The notes: generated by a model from the sequence alone, not told the origin. DNA of 32,000 nt from Vibrio alginolyticus NBRC 15630 = ATCC 17749 (GCF_000354175.2 NC_022349.1:1560001-1592000); one strand, 5' to 3'. Shown: positions 1 to 8,598, counted from the stretch's first letter. Translations and numbers: made by a program.

Positions 1-383
1 GCGTCTTCCCCTAGGTCAATCTGAGCACTAAAAACCTTGCCTCCGTAACTTCTCCATGACCCTACGAGGTCAGAGAAACGCGCTAGAGTTTTAGGAAGAG
101 CGAAACTTTTTCCTGCGACATTAACAGCAGCAGAGTCGCGGATCACGATATTATCAGTCGCTGGCTCCGCATTGATGATGTCATTAAACATGTCGTCAAA
201 TTCAGAAACATACTCAGAAGGTATGTCACTTACGATGTTCGCTTGACTTGCTTCGACTTGGTTCACATAAGCTCGGCACTTGGTGCATGTTTCTAAATGG
301 GTTGCGACCACAAGACCAGAAACCGCATCAATGCTTCCCGAAGCGTATGCTTCTAACAAGCTGTTATCTGGGTGTTTGTTCAT
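1..383 (-). CDS. chrR: Anti-sigma factor, ChrR family (N-terminal part; the gene runs off the left edge of the window)
   Basis: My translation of the minus strand from ATG 383-381 reads MNKHPDNSLLEAYASGSIDAVSGLVVATHLETCTKCRAYVNQVEASQANIV... It contains the H-x3-C-x2-C zinc anti-sigma motif (HLETCTKC). Its start overlaps the stop of the ECF sigma gene in an ATGA junction (380-383). It is absent from the supplied ORF track, presumably because the window edge truncates it. Confidence 0.8.
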   Translation of the reverse strand, partial: MNKHPDNSLLEAYASGSIDAVSGLVVATHLETCTKCRAYVNQVEASQANIVSDIPSEYVSEFDDMFNDIINAEPATDNIVIRDSAAVNVAGKSFALPKTLARFSDLVGSWRSYGGKVFSAQIDLGED

Positions 384-964
384 AGTTGCTCCGTATGCAT
401 TGAATGCCTTAGCTTTTCTACTGCAAGCCTCAGCCTGGATTTTACAGTACCGAGGGGTATATCAAATAATTCCGCGACCTGTTGATGAGGTAGCTCTTCA
501 AGATATACCGCTTGTAAAACATCTCTCTGGTTTTTCGGTAATATATCTAAAAACTTAACCACCTGTTCTTTCAACATATCTTGTTCTGGTGAATAGTGAT
601 CAACAAGATCAGGTGGATAATACTCTGACGGCCAAATGTCATCAGAATGAATGTGTAATTCCTTACCTTTCTGTTTTCTCAGCAAATCAAAACAAAGGTT
701 TCGGATTATGGTATATATCCAAGTCGATAACGCGCTCTTTTCACCATCATAGAGGTGCGCTTTCTGCCAAACTGTCGCCATGGTCTCTTGCACCATCTCC
801 ATAGCAACTTGCTCATTACCAACATGTTTGTAAGCGAATTGCTTCAGCTTGGGTGCGTAAAAACGGAATACAAAAGCGAACGCATCTTTGTCTCGAGCCT
901 TCACTTTATCCATGTAATCGTTCCAATCACTGCGCCCCAGTTTTTTCGGGCTATCACTCATCAT
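380..964 (-). CDS. ECF (sigma-24/RpoE-like) RNA polymerase sigma factor, partner of ChrR
   Basis: The translation shows sigma-70 region 2 and region 4 hallmarks (TWIYTIIRNLCFDLLRKQ; LPHQQVAELFDIPLGTVKSRLRLA). The ORF is open to 1003. ATG 964 (MMSDSPKK...) has an AAGG Shine-Dalgarno 6 nt upstream and gives a typical 194 aa, whereas 965-1003 lies inside a GC hairpin. Translationally coupled to chrR. Confidence 0.88.
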   Translation of the reverse strand: MMSDSPKKLGRSDWNDYMDKVKARDKDAFAFVFRFYAPKLKQFAYKHVGNEQVAMEMVQETMATVWQKAHLYDGEKSALSTWIYTIIRNLCFDLLRKQKGKELHIHSDDIWPSEYYPPDLVDHYSPEQDMLKEQVVKFLDILPKNQRDVLQAVYLEELPHQQVAELFDIPLGTVKSRLRLAVEKLRHSMHTEQL

Positions 965-981
965 AATCGGCCTTAATTTGT

Positions 982-1001
982 GGGAGGAGTCTCCTCCTCC
1001 C
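982..1001 (-). other. GC-rich intercistronic stem-loop between the DUF4397 gene and the sigma factor gene
   Basis: GGGAGGAG (982-989) pairs perfectly with CTCCTCCC (994-1001) around a 4-nt loop. No U-tract follows on the minus strand, so it is not a canonical terminator. It may be an attenuator or an mRNA-stability or processing element. Confidence 0.45.
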
Positions 1002-1008
1002 ATTCGTC

Positions 1009-2367
1009 CTAATCGGTCACGTCATCGACCAACAAGTTGAAACCACCGTTGTTCCCATCATCAATGGCAACGACTTGGTACACAACACCGTTCATTACAT
1101 TGACTGGTGCTGAGTCAACCGCAACAATACTTGGGTTACCAGCCACTGTTACCGTTACATAATATGTACCTTCAGCGACATATAATCCTTGTACGCTATT
1201 TTTATACGCAAAATTAGCAATAGTTGGATCACTTCCATCTATTCCTGCACTCGTAGTGAGGTAAATATCCACCATTTCCGCTATAGGATTAGCCGCAGCG
1301 TGTGTCACATTCAATGTCGCGCTAGTCGCCACAGCGCGTCTCATATCTTCAACAACCAGAGCTTCGATATCAATCGCTGGGCTAACAACACCGACTGCAT
1401 AAACACTGTAATCCATTCCACCTGCAACCATTAACCCGTCAACATCTATGATCGGATTGGTTGTTGTGCCATCCACGTAAAAGTCAATATCGTAAGCGCC
1501 AGCAGCAAGATCCAAATAACCACGAATCTCTTTGAACGCTAAGTCGGCAAGAGGAGCGAAGGCCGCCCCGTTAACGTTAACATCGACGACTGGCGCTCCA
1601 TCGACAAGGTGTCCGACTCTTACTTCAGCTTGGCTGCCCATATCTTCAATTATAGAAGAGCCCGAACCGTCCAACACCAAGAGTTTGACAGGTGACGTGC
1701 TATTCGAATCTCCTGTGCCGATAGCGGCAATCGTCAAGTTGGAATTAGCCGCAAGAGGTACTGTGCCGGAGTCAAAAGCAACGCTGTCTCCTACGGCAAG
1801 TCGAACTTGATACTCACCAGCTGGGATGTTCAATACGTCGGTAGAAGCTTTGTAAGCAAGGTTAGTTATTGGAGTCGCGCTAGCAAGAGCAACACCTGGC
1901 TCAGTGACATAAAGATCAACAGCAGGAACGCCTGAAGCTGCATGAACAACTTGAACATCTAGACTATTGGCATCAGCCATTGAATCGGCGCTGCGAGTCA
2001 CAACTAAAGGCTCAACTGGGTTTGGCGAACCATCGGCATCGCCAACAACGAACACGTTATAATTGAGGTCGGAATCAAGATCTAGTTCTGTTTTGGGTAT
2101 TACGGTCGCGGTTTCATTACCTGGGAGCTGAACATCGACCTGAATCGAATTCATCCCCTCTCGCAATTTAACGTAGCCAGATCCCACACCATAATCAACA
2201 TTCGTTAATGATGGTTTATCGTTGATCCACACATTTGCAAGCGGCGCATCAGAAGACGCGTGCACTGCTTGTAAATTGGAATACTCGATAGTGTCACTGT
2301 CGGAGCCACACGCCGCCAGTCCTAATGCCGCCACCATAGTTAGCGCAGCTCTGCCAAATCCTTTCAT
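1009..2367 (-). CDS. Lipoprotein with repeated DUF4397-like modules
   Basis: Signal peptide with lipobox (MVAALGLAAC-GSDSD). At least four repeats of the pattern V-x-H-A-x-x-x-x-P-x-V-D-[VL]-Y/N-V: LQAVHASSDAPLANVWIND, VQVVHAASGVPAVDLYV, VRVGHLVDGAPVVDVNV, LNVTHAAANPIAEMVDIYL. The DUF4397 family name is from memory. 4-nt overlap with the upstream gene. Confidence 0.75.
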   Translation of the reverse strand: MKGFGRAALTMVAALGLAACGSDSDTIEYSNLQAVHASSDAPLANVWINDKPSLTNVDYGVGSGYVKLREGMNSIQVDVQLPGNETATVIPKTELDLDSDLNYNVFVVGDADGSPNPVEPLVVTRSADSMADANSLDVQVVHAASGVPAVDLYVTEPGVALASATPITNLAYKASTDVLNIPAGEYQVRLAVGDSVAFDSGTVPLAANSNLTIAAIGTGDSNSTSPVKLLVLDGSGSSIIEDMGSQAEVRVGHLVDGAPVVDVNVNGAAFAPLADLAFKEIRGYLDLAAGAYDIDFYVDGTTTNPIIDVDGLMVAGGMDYSVYAVGVVSPAIDIEALVVEDMRRAVATSATLNVTHAAANPIAEMVDIYLTTSAGIDGSDPTIANFAYKNSVQGLYVAEGTYYVTVTVAGNPSIVAVDSAPVNVMNGVVYQVVAIDDGNNGGFNLLVDDVTD

Positions 2368-2960
2368 ATCCTTGCCTCTTTGTTAGTCGGGGCTTCTATG
2401 GCTTCTGTCAGAAATTGCAACGCAGGAATGCAGTTCTCTGCGCCAACGAGCTGTTCGAACAGATTGCAGTCTAAAGGAAGTAATTCAAGCCAGCGCTGGG
2501 TCACCCAAGCTGAGTCATCGTAAAAACGATGCTGGTAGAGGTTTCCAAGTTGAGGAAACTCTTCATAAACATGGGATAACTGCTGGCTTAAATAGAAGAA
2601 ATCTGGTGAGTTGTCTGGATGTTGCCAATTGTCTAACCATTCGACCTCTGCATGGCGTAAGCCGTCCGCATCTGCACGAACTCGTTTGACAACAAAGCGT
2701 TTCTCACCAGCGACTGTAATACCAAGAAGACCATCACTGAGTGTTTCAAAATCAACAATCCTGACCAAAGTTCCGATAGATGAAACGTTACCCACGTCTT
2801 TAGGGTCACCTTCACTTCCTACTAGGCAAACTCCAAAACCCACATTTTGTAGGCTGCATTCCTTTACCATTCGCTTATATCGTGGCTCAAAAATGCGCAG
2901 ATTCATTTTACCTTCAGGGAGTACAACTGAAGTGAGTGGGAATAACATGACTTCTTTCAT
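2364..2960 (-). CDS. LON peptidase N-terminal (substrate-binding) domain protein
   Basis: N-terminus MKEVMLFPLTSVVLPEGKMNLRIFEPRYKRMV is the characteristic Lon N-domain opening. 198 aa with no ATPase or protease domain. AAGAGGA Shine-Dalgarno upstream. Its stop overlaps the start of the DUF4397 gene (2364-2367). Confidence 0.8.
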   Translation of the reverse strand: MKEVMLFPLTSVVLPEGKMNLRIFEPRYKRMVKECSLQNVGFGVCLVGSEGDPKDVGNVSSIGTLVRIVDFETLSDGLLGITVAGEKRFVVKRVRADADGLRHAEVEWLDNWQHPDNSPDFFYLSQQLSHVYEEFPQLGNLYQHRFYDDSAWVTQRWLELLPLDCNLFEQLVGAENCIPALQFLTEAIEAPTNKEARI

Positions 2961-2987
2961 TCAAACGTCCTCTTTGATTCACGGATA

Positions 2988-3014
2988 CATACGAATCCCT
3001 TATCACTCCGATCA
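2988..3014 (-). promoter_or_regulatory. Candidate ECF (ChrR-partnered group) promoter for the Lon-N/DUF4397/sigma/chrR operon
   Basis: The minus strand reads TGATCG-N15-CGTATG, ending about 28 nt upstream of the Lon-N ATG (2960). My recollection of the ChrR-type sigma-E promoter is TGATCC -35 and CGTA -10. That consensus is from memory and was not verified. Confidence 0.35.
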
Positions 3015-3138
3015 CTAACGATTTATGTTGGTTAATCGACTGGCTTAAAAAGTCATAAAATCGCTCACGCAAACGATCCAAATCACACATTTATTGCAAT
3101 AAAATGCAACAAACAAAAAGTTCCGTAAATAAAGATAA

Positions 3139-3160
3139 TTTCGTGATGCAACTCACCAAA
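3139..3160. promoter_or_regulatory. Candidate cAMP-CRP binding site upstream of ompK
   Basis: tttCGTGAtgcaacTCACCaaa matches 8 of 10 core positions of TGTGA-N6-TCACA and has AT-rich flanks. Its centre lies about 135 nt upstream of the ompK ATG. E. coli tsx is CRP/CytR regulated. Confidence 0.35.
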
Positions 3161-3283
3161 AACGTTTCATTTTGCACCCTTTATCACTTTCATTTGGGAT
3201 TTTTATCGCTATTATTCCCGCCAATTGGAAAGCGCAGCACAGATTGCGTGTTCTGAATCATTACAAACATAGAGAGTCCCCTT

Positions 3284-4081
3284 ATGCGTAAATCACTTTT
3301 AGCTCTTAGCCTTCTAGCGGCTACTTCAGCTCCAGTTATGGCGGCAGATTACTCTGACGGCGATATTCACAAAAACGATTACAAGTGGATGCAATTTAAC
3401 CTAATGGGTGCATTTGACGAACTTCCAGGTGAGTCTTCACACGACTACCTAGAAATGGAATTCGGCGGCCGCTCTGGTATCTTCGACCTTTACGGCTACG
3501 TTGATGTATTCAACCTAACTTCTGATCCAGGTAGCGACAAAGCTGGCGCAGAGAAGATCTTTATGAAATTCGCTCCACGTATGTCTCTAGATGCGGTAAC
3601 TGGTAAAGACCTATCTTTCGGTCCAGTTCAAGAGCTATACGTTGCAACTCTAATCGAGTGGGGTGGTAACTCTGGTGTTAACTCTCAAAAAATCGGTCTA
3701 GGTTCTGACGTAATGGTTCCTTGGTTTGGTAAAGTTGGTGTTAACCTATACGGCACTTACGACGGCAACAAAAAGGATTGGAACGGTTTCCAAATCTCGA
3801 CTAACTGGTTCAAACCATTCTACTTCTTCGAGAACGGTTCATTCATTTCTTACCAAGGCTACATCGATTACCAATTCGGTATGGATGATGATGCTGGTAA
3901 CAAGTTTGGTTCAACCGCGTCAAACGGTGGTGCAATGTTCAACGGTATCTACTGGCACTCAGACCGCTTCGCAGTGGGTTACGGTCTAAAAGGTTACAAA
4001 GACGTGTACGGTATCAAAGATACTGATGGGTTCAAGTCAACTGGCTTTGGCCACTACCTTGCTGTAACTTACAAGTTCTAA
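3284..4081 (+). CDS. ompK: Tsx-family outer-membrane nucleoside channel, Vibrio OmpK
   Basis: Signal peptide MRKSLLALSLLAATSAPVMA-ADY. The mature sequence (DYSDGDIHKNDYKWMQFNLMG..., terminal YKF) matches my memory of Vibrio OmpK, the KVP40 phage receptor of the Tsx family. Strong terminator downstream. Confidence 0.9.
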   Translation: MRKSLLALSLLAATSAPVMAADYSDGDIHKNDYKWMQFNLMGAFDELPGESSHDYLEMEFGGRSGIFDLYGYVDVFNLTSDPGSDKAGAEKIFMKFAPRMSLDAVTGKDLSFGPVQELYVATLIEWGGNSGVNSQKIGLGSDVMVPWFGKVGVNLYGTYDGNKKDWNGFQISTNWFKPFYFFENGSFISYQGYIDYQFGMDDDAGNKFGSTASNGGAMFNGIYWHSDRFAVGYGLKGYKDVYGIKDTDGFKSTGFGHYLAVTYKF

Positions 4082-4101
4082 TTGAACCACTAAGTTTGCT
4101 C

Positions 4102-4134
4102 AAAAATGGCGCCTTTCGGCGCCATTTTTATTTG
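4102..4134 (+). terminator. Rho-independent terminator of ompK
   Basis: AAAAATGGCGCC-TTTC-GGCGCCATTTTTATTT: a perfect GC-rich stem, a tetraloop and a T-run. Confidence 0.9.
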
Positions 4135-4186
4135 CTTTCCTTTTTTCCCTCATTATCCTTGCAGCAAACCTTTTTAATGAGAGCGT

Positions 4187-5080
4187 TTGGTGAATATCCT
4201 TATCCTCGGTCCAGGTGCGGTGGGCTCACTCTGGGCAACAAAATTTAAGCTTGCCGGGCACAATGTTTCATTGTGGGGAAGAAGTTCTGAAAGCCAACAA
4301 TCACTTCAGTTGGATGACACACCCGCAATCGTATTCAGTAATCAAGATATTTCCTCCGTAAATAAAGCAGATCTCATTTTGATCACGGTAAAAGCTTGGC
4401 AAGTGGAAGACGCCATTCAGCCTTTGCTCCCTCATATCAATACAGACACGATTATCATGCTGATGCACAATGGTATGGGTACTGCCTCTGCCTTGGAGAA
4501 GGTTGTGCCAAACAATCCGATAGTGCTCGCAACAACGACGCACGGCGCATACAAACCAGATAACCAACACGTATTGCATACCGGTCACGGAACAACGCAA
4601 GCGGGTGGTTATAATGACAAAGGAATGCAGTGCGCTTTTCTGCAAGATGTTATGCATCATGCTCTTCCAGAGGTCATTTGGAATCCACACATCCAATCTG
4701 CGTTATGGACTAAGTTAGCAATTAACTGCGCGATTAACCCACTGACTGCGATTCACCAGTGTAAGAATGGTGAGCTTGCGCAGCCCGAGTTTAAGATACA
4801 ACTCGAAAGCATCACTCAAGAACTGGTTGAAGTAATGAGTAAAGAAGGTATTGCTATCGAGTTTCGCTCTCTTTTCGATACGGTAATGCAAGTGGTGAAC
4901 GCCACAGCTGAGAACTATTCTTCAATGAGGCAAGACGTATTCCATCAACGTCGAACGGAAATTGATTTTATAACCGGATACTTGTTAAAGGCTGCCGAGA
5001 AACATCGTATCAATACGCCTGAGAATTTAAAACTTTACCAACGCATCAAACAAATAGAACAAAGCTGGACAGAACAATGA
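4187..5080 (+). CDS. panE: 2-dehydropantoate 2-reductase
   Basis: N-terminal Rossmann motif ILILGPGAVGSLWA. ITVKAWQVEDA aligns with E. coli PanE VTLKAWQVSDA. Non-ATG start (TTG 4187 or GTG 4190). Adjacent to yajL, as in E. coli. Confidence 0.88.
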   Translation: MVNILILGPGAVGSLWATKFKLAGHNVSLWGRSSESQQSLQLDDTPAIVFSNQDISSVNKADLILITVKAWQVEDAIQPLLPHINTDTIIMLMHNGMGTASALEKVVPNNPIVLATTTHGAYKPDNQHVLHTGHGTTQAGGYNDKGMQCAFLQDVMHHALPEVIWNPHIQSALWTKLAINCAINPLTAIHQCKNGELAQPEFKIQLESITQELVEVMSKEGIAIEFRSLFDTVMQVVNATAENYSSMRQDVFHQRRTEIDFITGYLLKAAEKHRINTPENLKLYQRIKQIEQSWTEQ

Positions 5081-5676
5081 GTAAGAAAATCTTAGTGCCA
5101 ATAGCTCCAGGCACCGAAGAAATGGAAGCCGTCACCGTTATCGACATGATGGTTCGCGCGGGTTATGACGTTACAGTAGCGAGTGCTGCTTTTGATGGCT
5201 CATTGACGATGAAAGCTTCTCGCGGAGTCACACTAACTGCCGATTGTAAGCTAGTCGATATCGCTGATGATGAGTTTGACGCCATAGCGCTTTCTGGTGG
5301 TGTTGGTGGTGCAGAAATTTTTCGTGATAGCACGGTGATGATAGAAATCCTTAAGCAGCACATCTACGAGGGAAAATTGGTCGCTGCTATCTGCGCAGCA
5401 CCGGCGTTGGTATTGCAACACCATGATCTTTTCCCACAATCACTGATGACCTGTCACCCGAGCTTTCAGTCACATATCCCGGAAGAGAAGTGGCGCAGCA
5501 AACGCGTGACCTTTGATATCAACCACAACCTGATCACCAGTCAAGGTCCGGGTACAGCTTTAGAGTTCGCGATGGAAGTAATCATTCAACTCTCAGGTAA
5601 AAAACACGCATGGTCAGTTGCTGAACCAATGATCCCTCTGCCTACTCTGCACTACCACAAGCTTGGTGAAGAATAA
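5077..5676 (+). CDS. yajL: DJ-1/PfpI family protein deglycase YajL (ThiJ)
   Basis: Close full-length similarity to E. coli YajL as I recall it (APGTEEMEAVTVID, AAICAAPALVL with the nucleophile Cys, TSQGPGTALEF). ATGA overlap with the panE stop. Confidence 0.88.
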   Translation: MSKKILVPIAPGTEEMEAVTVIDMMVRAGYDVTVASAAFDGSLTMKASRGVTLTADCKLVDIADDEFDAIALSGGVGGAEIFRDSTVMIEILKQHIYEGKLVAAICAAPALVLQHHDLFPQSLMTCHPSFQSHIPEEKWRSKRVTFDINHNLITSQGPGTALEFAMEVIIQLSGKKHAWSVAEPMIPLPTLHYHKLGEE

Positions 5677-6887
5677 TGTTTGACGTAAATGCTGTACGCG
5701 AGCAATTTCCTGCTCTAAACCAATCCGTCAACGATACGCCCTTAGTGTATCTAGATAGCGCAGCGACAACGCAAAAACCGCAATGTGTGATTAATGTCAT
5801 CAGTCATTACTACAGTGCGCAAAATGCCAATGTTCACCGTGGCAGCCATAGTTTAACGGCTAATGCCACCAGCCAATTTGAAGCGGCACGAGAACGAGTG
5901 GCAAGCTTTATTGGTGCAAACAGCTCTAAAGAGATCATTTGGACACGGGGCGCAACCGAAGCACTGAACTTAATTGCTCAAACCTACGCCCGTAGCACGT
6001 TACAACCAGGTGATGAGATCTTGATTAGCGAGATGGAGCACCACGCCAACATCGTGCCCTGGCAAATCGTGGCAGAGCAAACGGGTGCTAAAGTCATTAA
6101 AGTTCCGATGACATCAGATTGCCAGTTCGACATCAGTGCATTTGAGGCGCTTCTGTCTGACCGCTGTAAAATTGTTGCTTGCGCGCAAATAACCAACGTA
6201 ACAGGCACACGCCAACCTATCGAAAAAATCACTGAACTGGCGCACAACGTTGGCGCGGTTATTGTAGTTGATGGCGCGCAAGGCATCGTACATGAGCAAC
6301 TTGATTTATCGGCATCAGATATCGATTTCTACGTTTTCTCAGGTCACAAACTTTATGCACCAGCAGGCATTGGGGTTTTATACGGCAAGCTTAAACTTTT
6401 GGAAGCCATGCCACCATGGCACGGCGGCGGTAAAATGGTTGAACGTGTTTCTTTCGAGAAAACGACGTTTTCTGCACTTCCTGGTAAATTTGAAGCGGGC
6501 ACACCAAACGTTGCGGGCGCGATTGCTCTAGCGAAAGCCATTGAGTGGTACCAAGGTTTTAACCATCACGAAGTAGAGGATCATCTCCATGTGCTTCAGG
6601 ATAAGGCCTACCAAGCACTAAGCGCTTTGGATGACATCCATATTCTAGGCTATCAACCGAATGCCTCTGTACTGACGTTCGTCATGGACGGCGTTCATCA
6701 CCAAGACATGGCGACGCTGCTCGATCAACAAGGCATTGCGGTACGAGCAGGACACCACTGCGCTCACCCATTGATGGATGCGCTAAACGTTAAAGGCACG
6801 GTACGCGTTTCTTTTGGTATTTATAACACGGCTGAAGATGTGGATAGACTCATCGCCGCCGTAGAAAAAGCCGTCGACATGCTATAA
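5676..6887 (+). CDS. csdA: Cysteine desulfurase, class II (CsdA/SufS family)
   Basis: FPAL...VYLDSAATTQKP, the PLP-lysine context FSGHKLYAPAGIGVLYG, and the active-site loop RAGHHCAHPLM. 403 aa. The TAATG junction overlaps the yajL stop by 1 nt. The choice of CsdA over SufS is inferred from the nearby csdE and tcdA. Confidence 0.85.
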   Translation: MFDVNAVREQFPALNQSVNDTPLVYLDSAATTQKPQCVINVISHYYSAQNANVHRGSHSLTANATSQFEAARERVASFIGANSSKEIIWTRGATEALNLIAQTYARSTLQPGDEILISEMEHHANIVPWQIVAEQTGAKVIKVPMTSDCQFDISAFEALLSDRCKIVACAQITNVTGTRQPIEKITELAHNVGAVIVVDGAQGIVHEQLDLSASDIDFYVFSGHKLYAPAGIGVLYGKLKLLEAMPPWHGGGKMVERVSFEKTTFSALPGKFEAGTPNVAGAIALAKAIEWYQGFNHHEVEDHLHVLQDKAYQALSALDDIHILGYQPNASVLTFVMDGVHHQDMATLLDQQGIAVRAGHHCAHPLMDALNVKGTVRVSFGIYNTAEDVDRLIAAVEKAVDML

Positions 6888-6904
6888 CGCCAACGGTTTG
6901 ATTT

Positions 6905-6927
6905 GGAGTAACCAACAAGGTTACTCC
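6905..6927. terminator. Hairpin between the convergent csdA and diguanylate cyclase genes (non-canonical)
   Basis: GGAGTAACC-AACAA-GGTTACTCC, a 9-bp perfect stem that overlaps the stop codon of the minus-strand gene. Neither strand has a clear U-tract. Confidence 0.35.
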
Positions 6928-7841
6928 ATCTGCCTATCCAGAGTCGCCACGCAATTTCTGCCATTTCTTTTCGCAGCATAAAGCGCTTTATCTGCATGCG
7001 CATACAAACGTTTGGTGGTTTCATTTCTGCCTATTTCCACCACGCCTACACTCACCGTGACCGGAATTTCAATCTTTTCAAATTCGAACTGACAATTTTG
7101 AATGTGGGAACGTACTTCCTCTCCTACCTCTTTCGCCGCCGACAGAGAAGTTTCTGGCAAAATAATCGCAAACTCCTCCCCTCCGACTCTTGCAAAAATT
7201 TCGTCTTTGACGAGTAAGTGAGAAACCAAATCAGCTAAGCTCTCTAAGACATAATCCCCCGCATCATGACCACGTTTATCATTGATGACTTTAAAAAAGT
7301 CCAAATCAAACAATAACAACGCGGAGTGATAATCTGGAGCTTGGGATTTAATAACTTCTTCTGTGAGCTTTTCGAAAAAAACACGTCGGTTGTAGATATT
7401 GGTGAGAGCATCTATTTGGCTTTGATGGCGAAGAAGGGTTTCAACTCGGTGGCGATTGGAGATGTTGCGTGTAAGAATAAGGACAACGCGACGACCTCGG
7501 TATTTTATAGCGAGTGGGCAGATCTTGCCTTCGTAGTATAGGTCGCCTCTTGGTCCACTGTTGGCATCTATTCCCTGAATGCTGTCGGCGCACATCTTGT
7601 ACTCGATCGTCACAATACTGTCTTGTTTCAGTGATCGACTGATCTGCTCGATAAACCAGTCGGCTTTATCTTTTTCAAGTACGCTGTGAAGTGTCTTACC
7701 TATCAAATTGCTTCCATCGTGATAGGCTTTTTTATCTGTTCCTCCAAAAACATCAATATAGATACCATCTTCACTCAGAATAAAAGTGGGGTCTGGCATT
7801 CCGGATAATACGTCTTGCGCATGTTCCAAGGTGAATTGCAT
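6921..7841 (-). CDS. PAS-domain sensor diguanylate cyclase (GGDEF)
   Basis: The C-terminal half has the GGDEF-domain signature (DALTNIYNRR, FDLDFFKVINDKRGHDAGD, RVGGEEFAIILPE). The N-terminal ~130 aa is PAS-like. No RxxD I-site at the usual position upstream of GGEEF (the sequence there is VKDE). Confidence 0.88.
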   Translation of the reverse strand: MQFTLEHAQDVLSGMPDPTFILSEDGIYIDVFGGTDKKAYHDGSNLIGKTLHSVLEKDKADWFIEQISRSLKQDSIVTIEYKMCADSIQGIDANSGPRGDLYYEGKICPLAIKYRGRRVVLILTRNISNRHRVETLLRHQSQIDALTNIYNRRVFFEKLTEEVIKSQAPDYHSALLLFDLDFFKVINDKRGHDAGDYVLESLADLVSHLLVKDEIFARVGGEEFAIILPETSLSAAKEVGEEVRSHIQNCQFEFEKIEIPVTVSVGVVEIGRNETTKRLYAHADKALYAAKRNGRNCVATLDRQME

Positions 7842-8092
7842 ATAGGGAGGTTCCTAGCGTTTGTACCTAAATATCCCAATCGCCTCCAAATGCGTGTCAG
7901 CATTGGGGAACAGGAGCGAATGAGGCATATGTCTACTATCTAATATAGACAAATTTTAAATACAATTGAGTTTATAAAAACCAAGTGGGCAATATAATGA
8001 ACCAGGATCAATAGAAAGGTTAATTAACACTAAAATAGTCGACTATTTGCATACTTTTTATCCATATGCAAAAAATGTCTCAACTCAGATAC

Positions 8093-8129
8093 AAAAAAGC
8101 GCCAAACAGCTAGGTTATTCGGCGTTTTT
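8093..8129 (-). terminator. Terminator downstream of csdE
   Basis: The minus strand reads AAAAACGCCG...(loop)...GGCGCTTTTTTGT, with a 6-bp GC stem including one G-U pair and a T6 run. The loop is rather long (~17 nt). Confidence 0.55.
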
Positions 8130-8150
8130 AAGAATTGGGAAAATGACTCG

Positions 8151-8579
8151 TTACACGGCGGTTTGCTTAATCTGCTCTACAATAGCTTTCAAGCCATTAC
8201 CACGTGACGGGCTTAAATGGGAGACAAGCCCCAGTTGATCAAAATAAGCATCAATATCAAATACTTGAATTTGATCGGCCGTTTTTCCGTCATAAGCCGC
8301 CATCACCAAGGCAATCAATCCACGGACGATACGCGCATCGGAGTCCGCACAAAAATGCCAAACGCCATCTTGCTCTTGGCTCACTAACCACACCAAGCTT
8401 TCACAACCCGAAACGGTAACTTGTTCTGATTTCAGCTCTTCTGGCATTTGTGGCAGCTTTTTACCCCACTGAATAACCTGACGGTAACGATCTTCCCAGC
8501 CTTGAAGTTGCTGCATAGTCGCTACAATGTCTTCGCTGGTGATATCTGTACCAAATGGAGAAACGGGAAAATCTGTCAT
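8151..8579 (-). CDS. csdE: Cysteine desulfurase sulfur acceptor, SufE/CsdE family
   Basis: 142 aa. Conserved persulfide-acceptor Cys in VSGCESLVWL. W-x-x-R-Y-R-Q-[VL]-I motif near the N-terminus. 19 nt downstream of tcdA, with a purine-rich Shine-Dalgarno. Confidence 0.85.
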   Translation of the reverse strand: MTDFPVSPFGTDITSEDIVATMQQLQGWEDRYRQVIQWGKKLPQMPEELKSEQVTVSGCESLVWLVSQEQDGVWHFCADSDARIVRGLIALVMAAYDGKTADQIQVFDIDAYFDQLGLVSHLSPSRGNGLKAIVEQIKQTAV

Positions 8580-8598
8580 GATGCGCTCTTCTTCTAGT

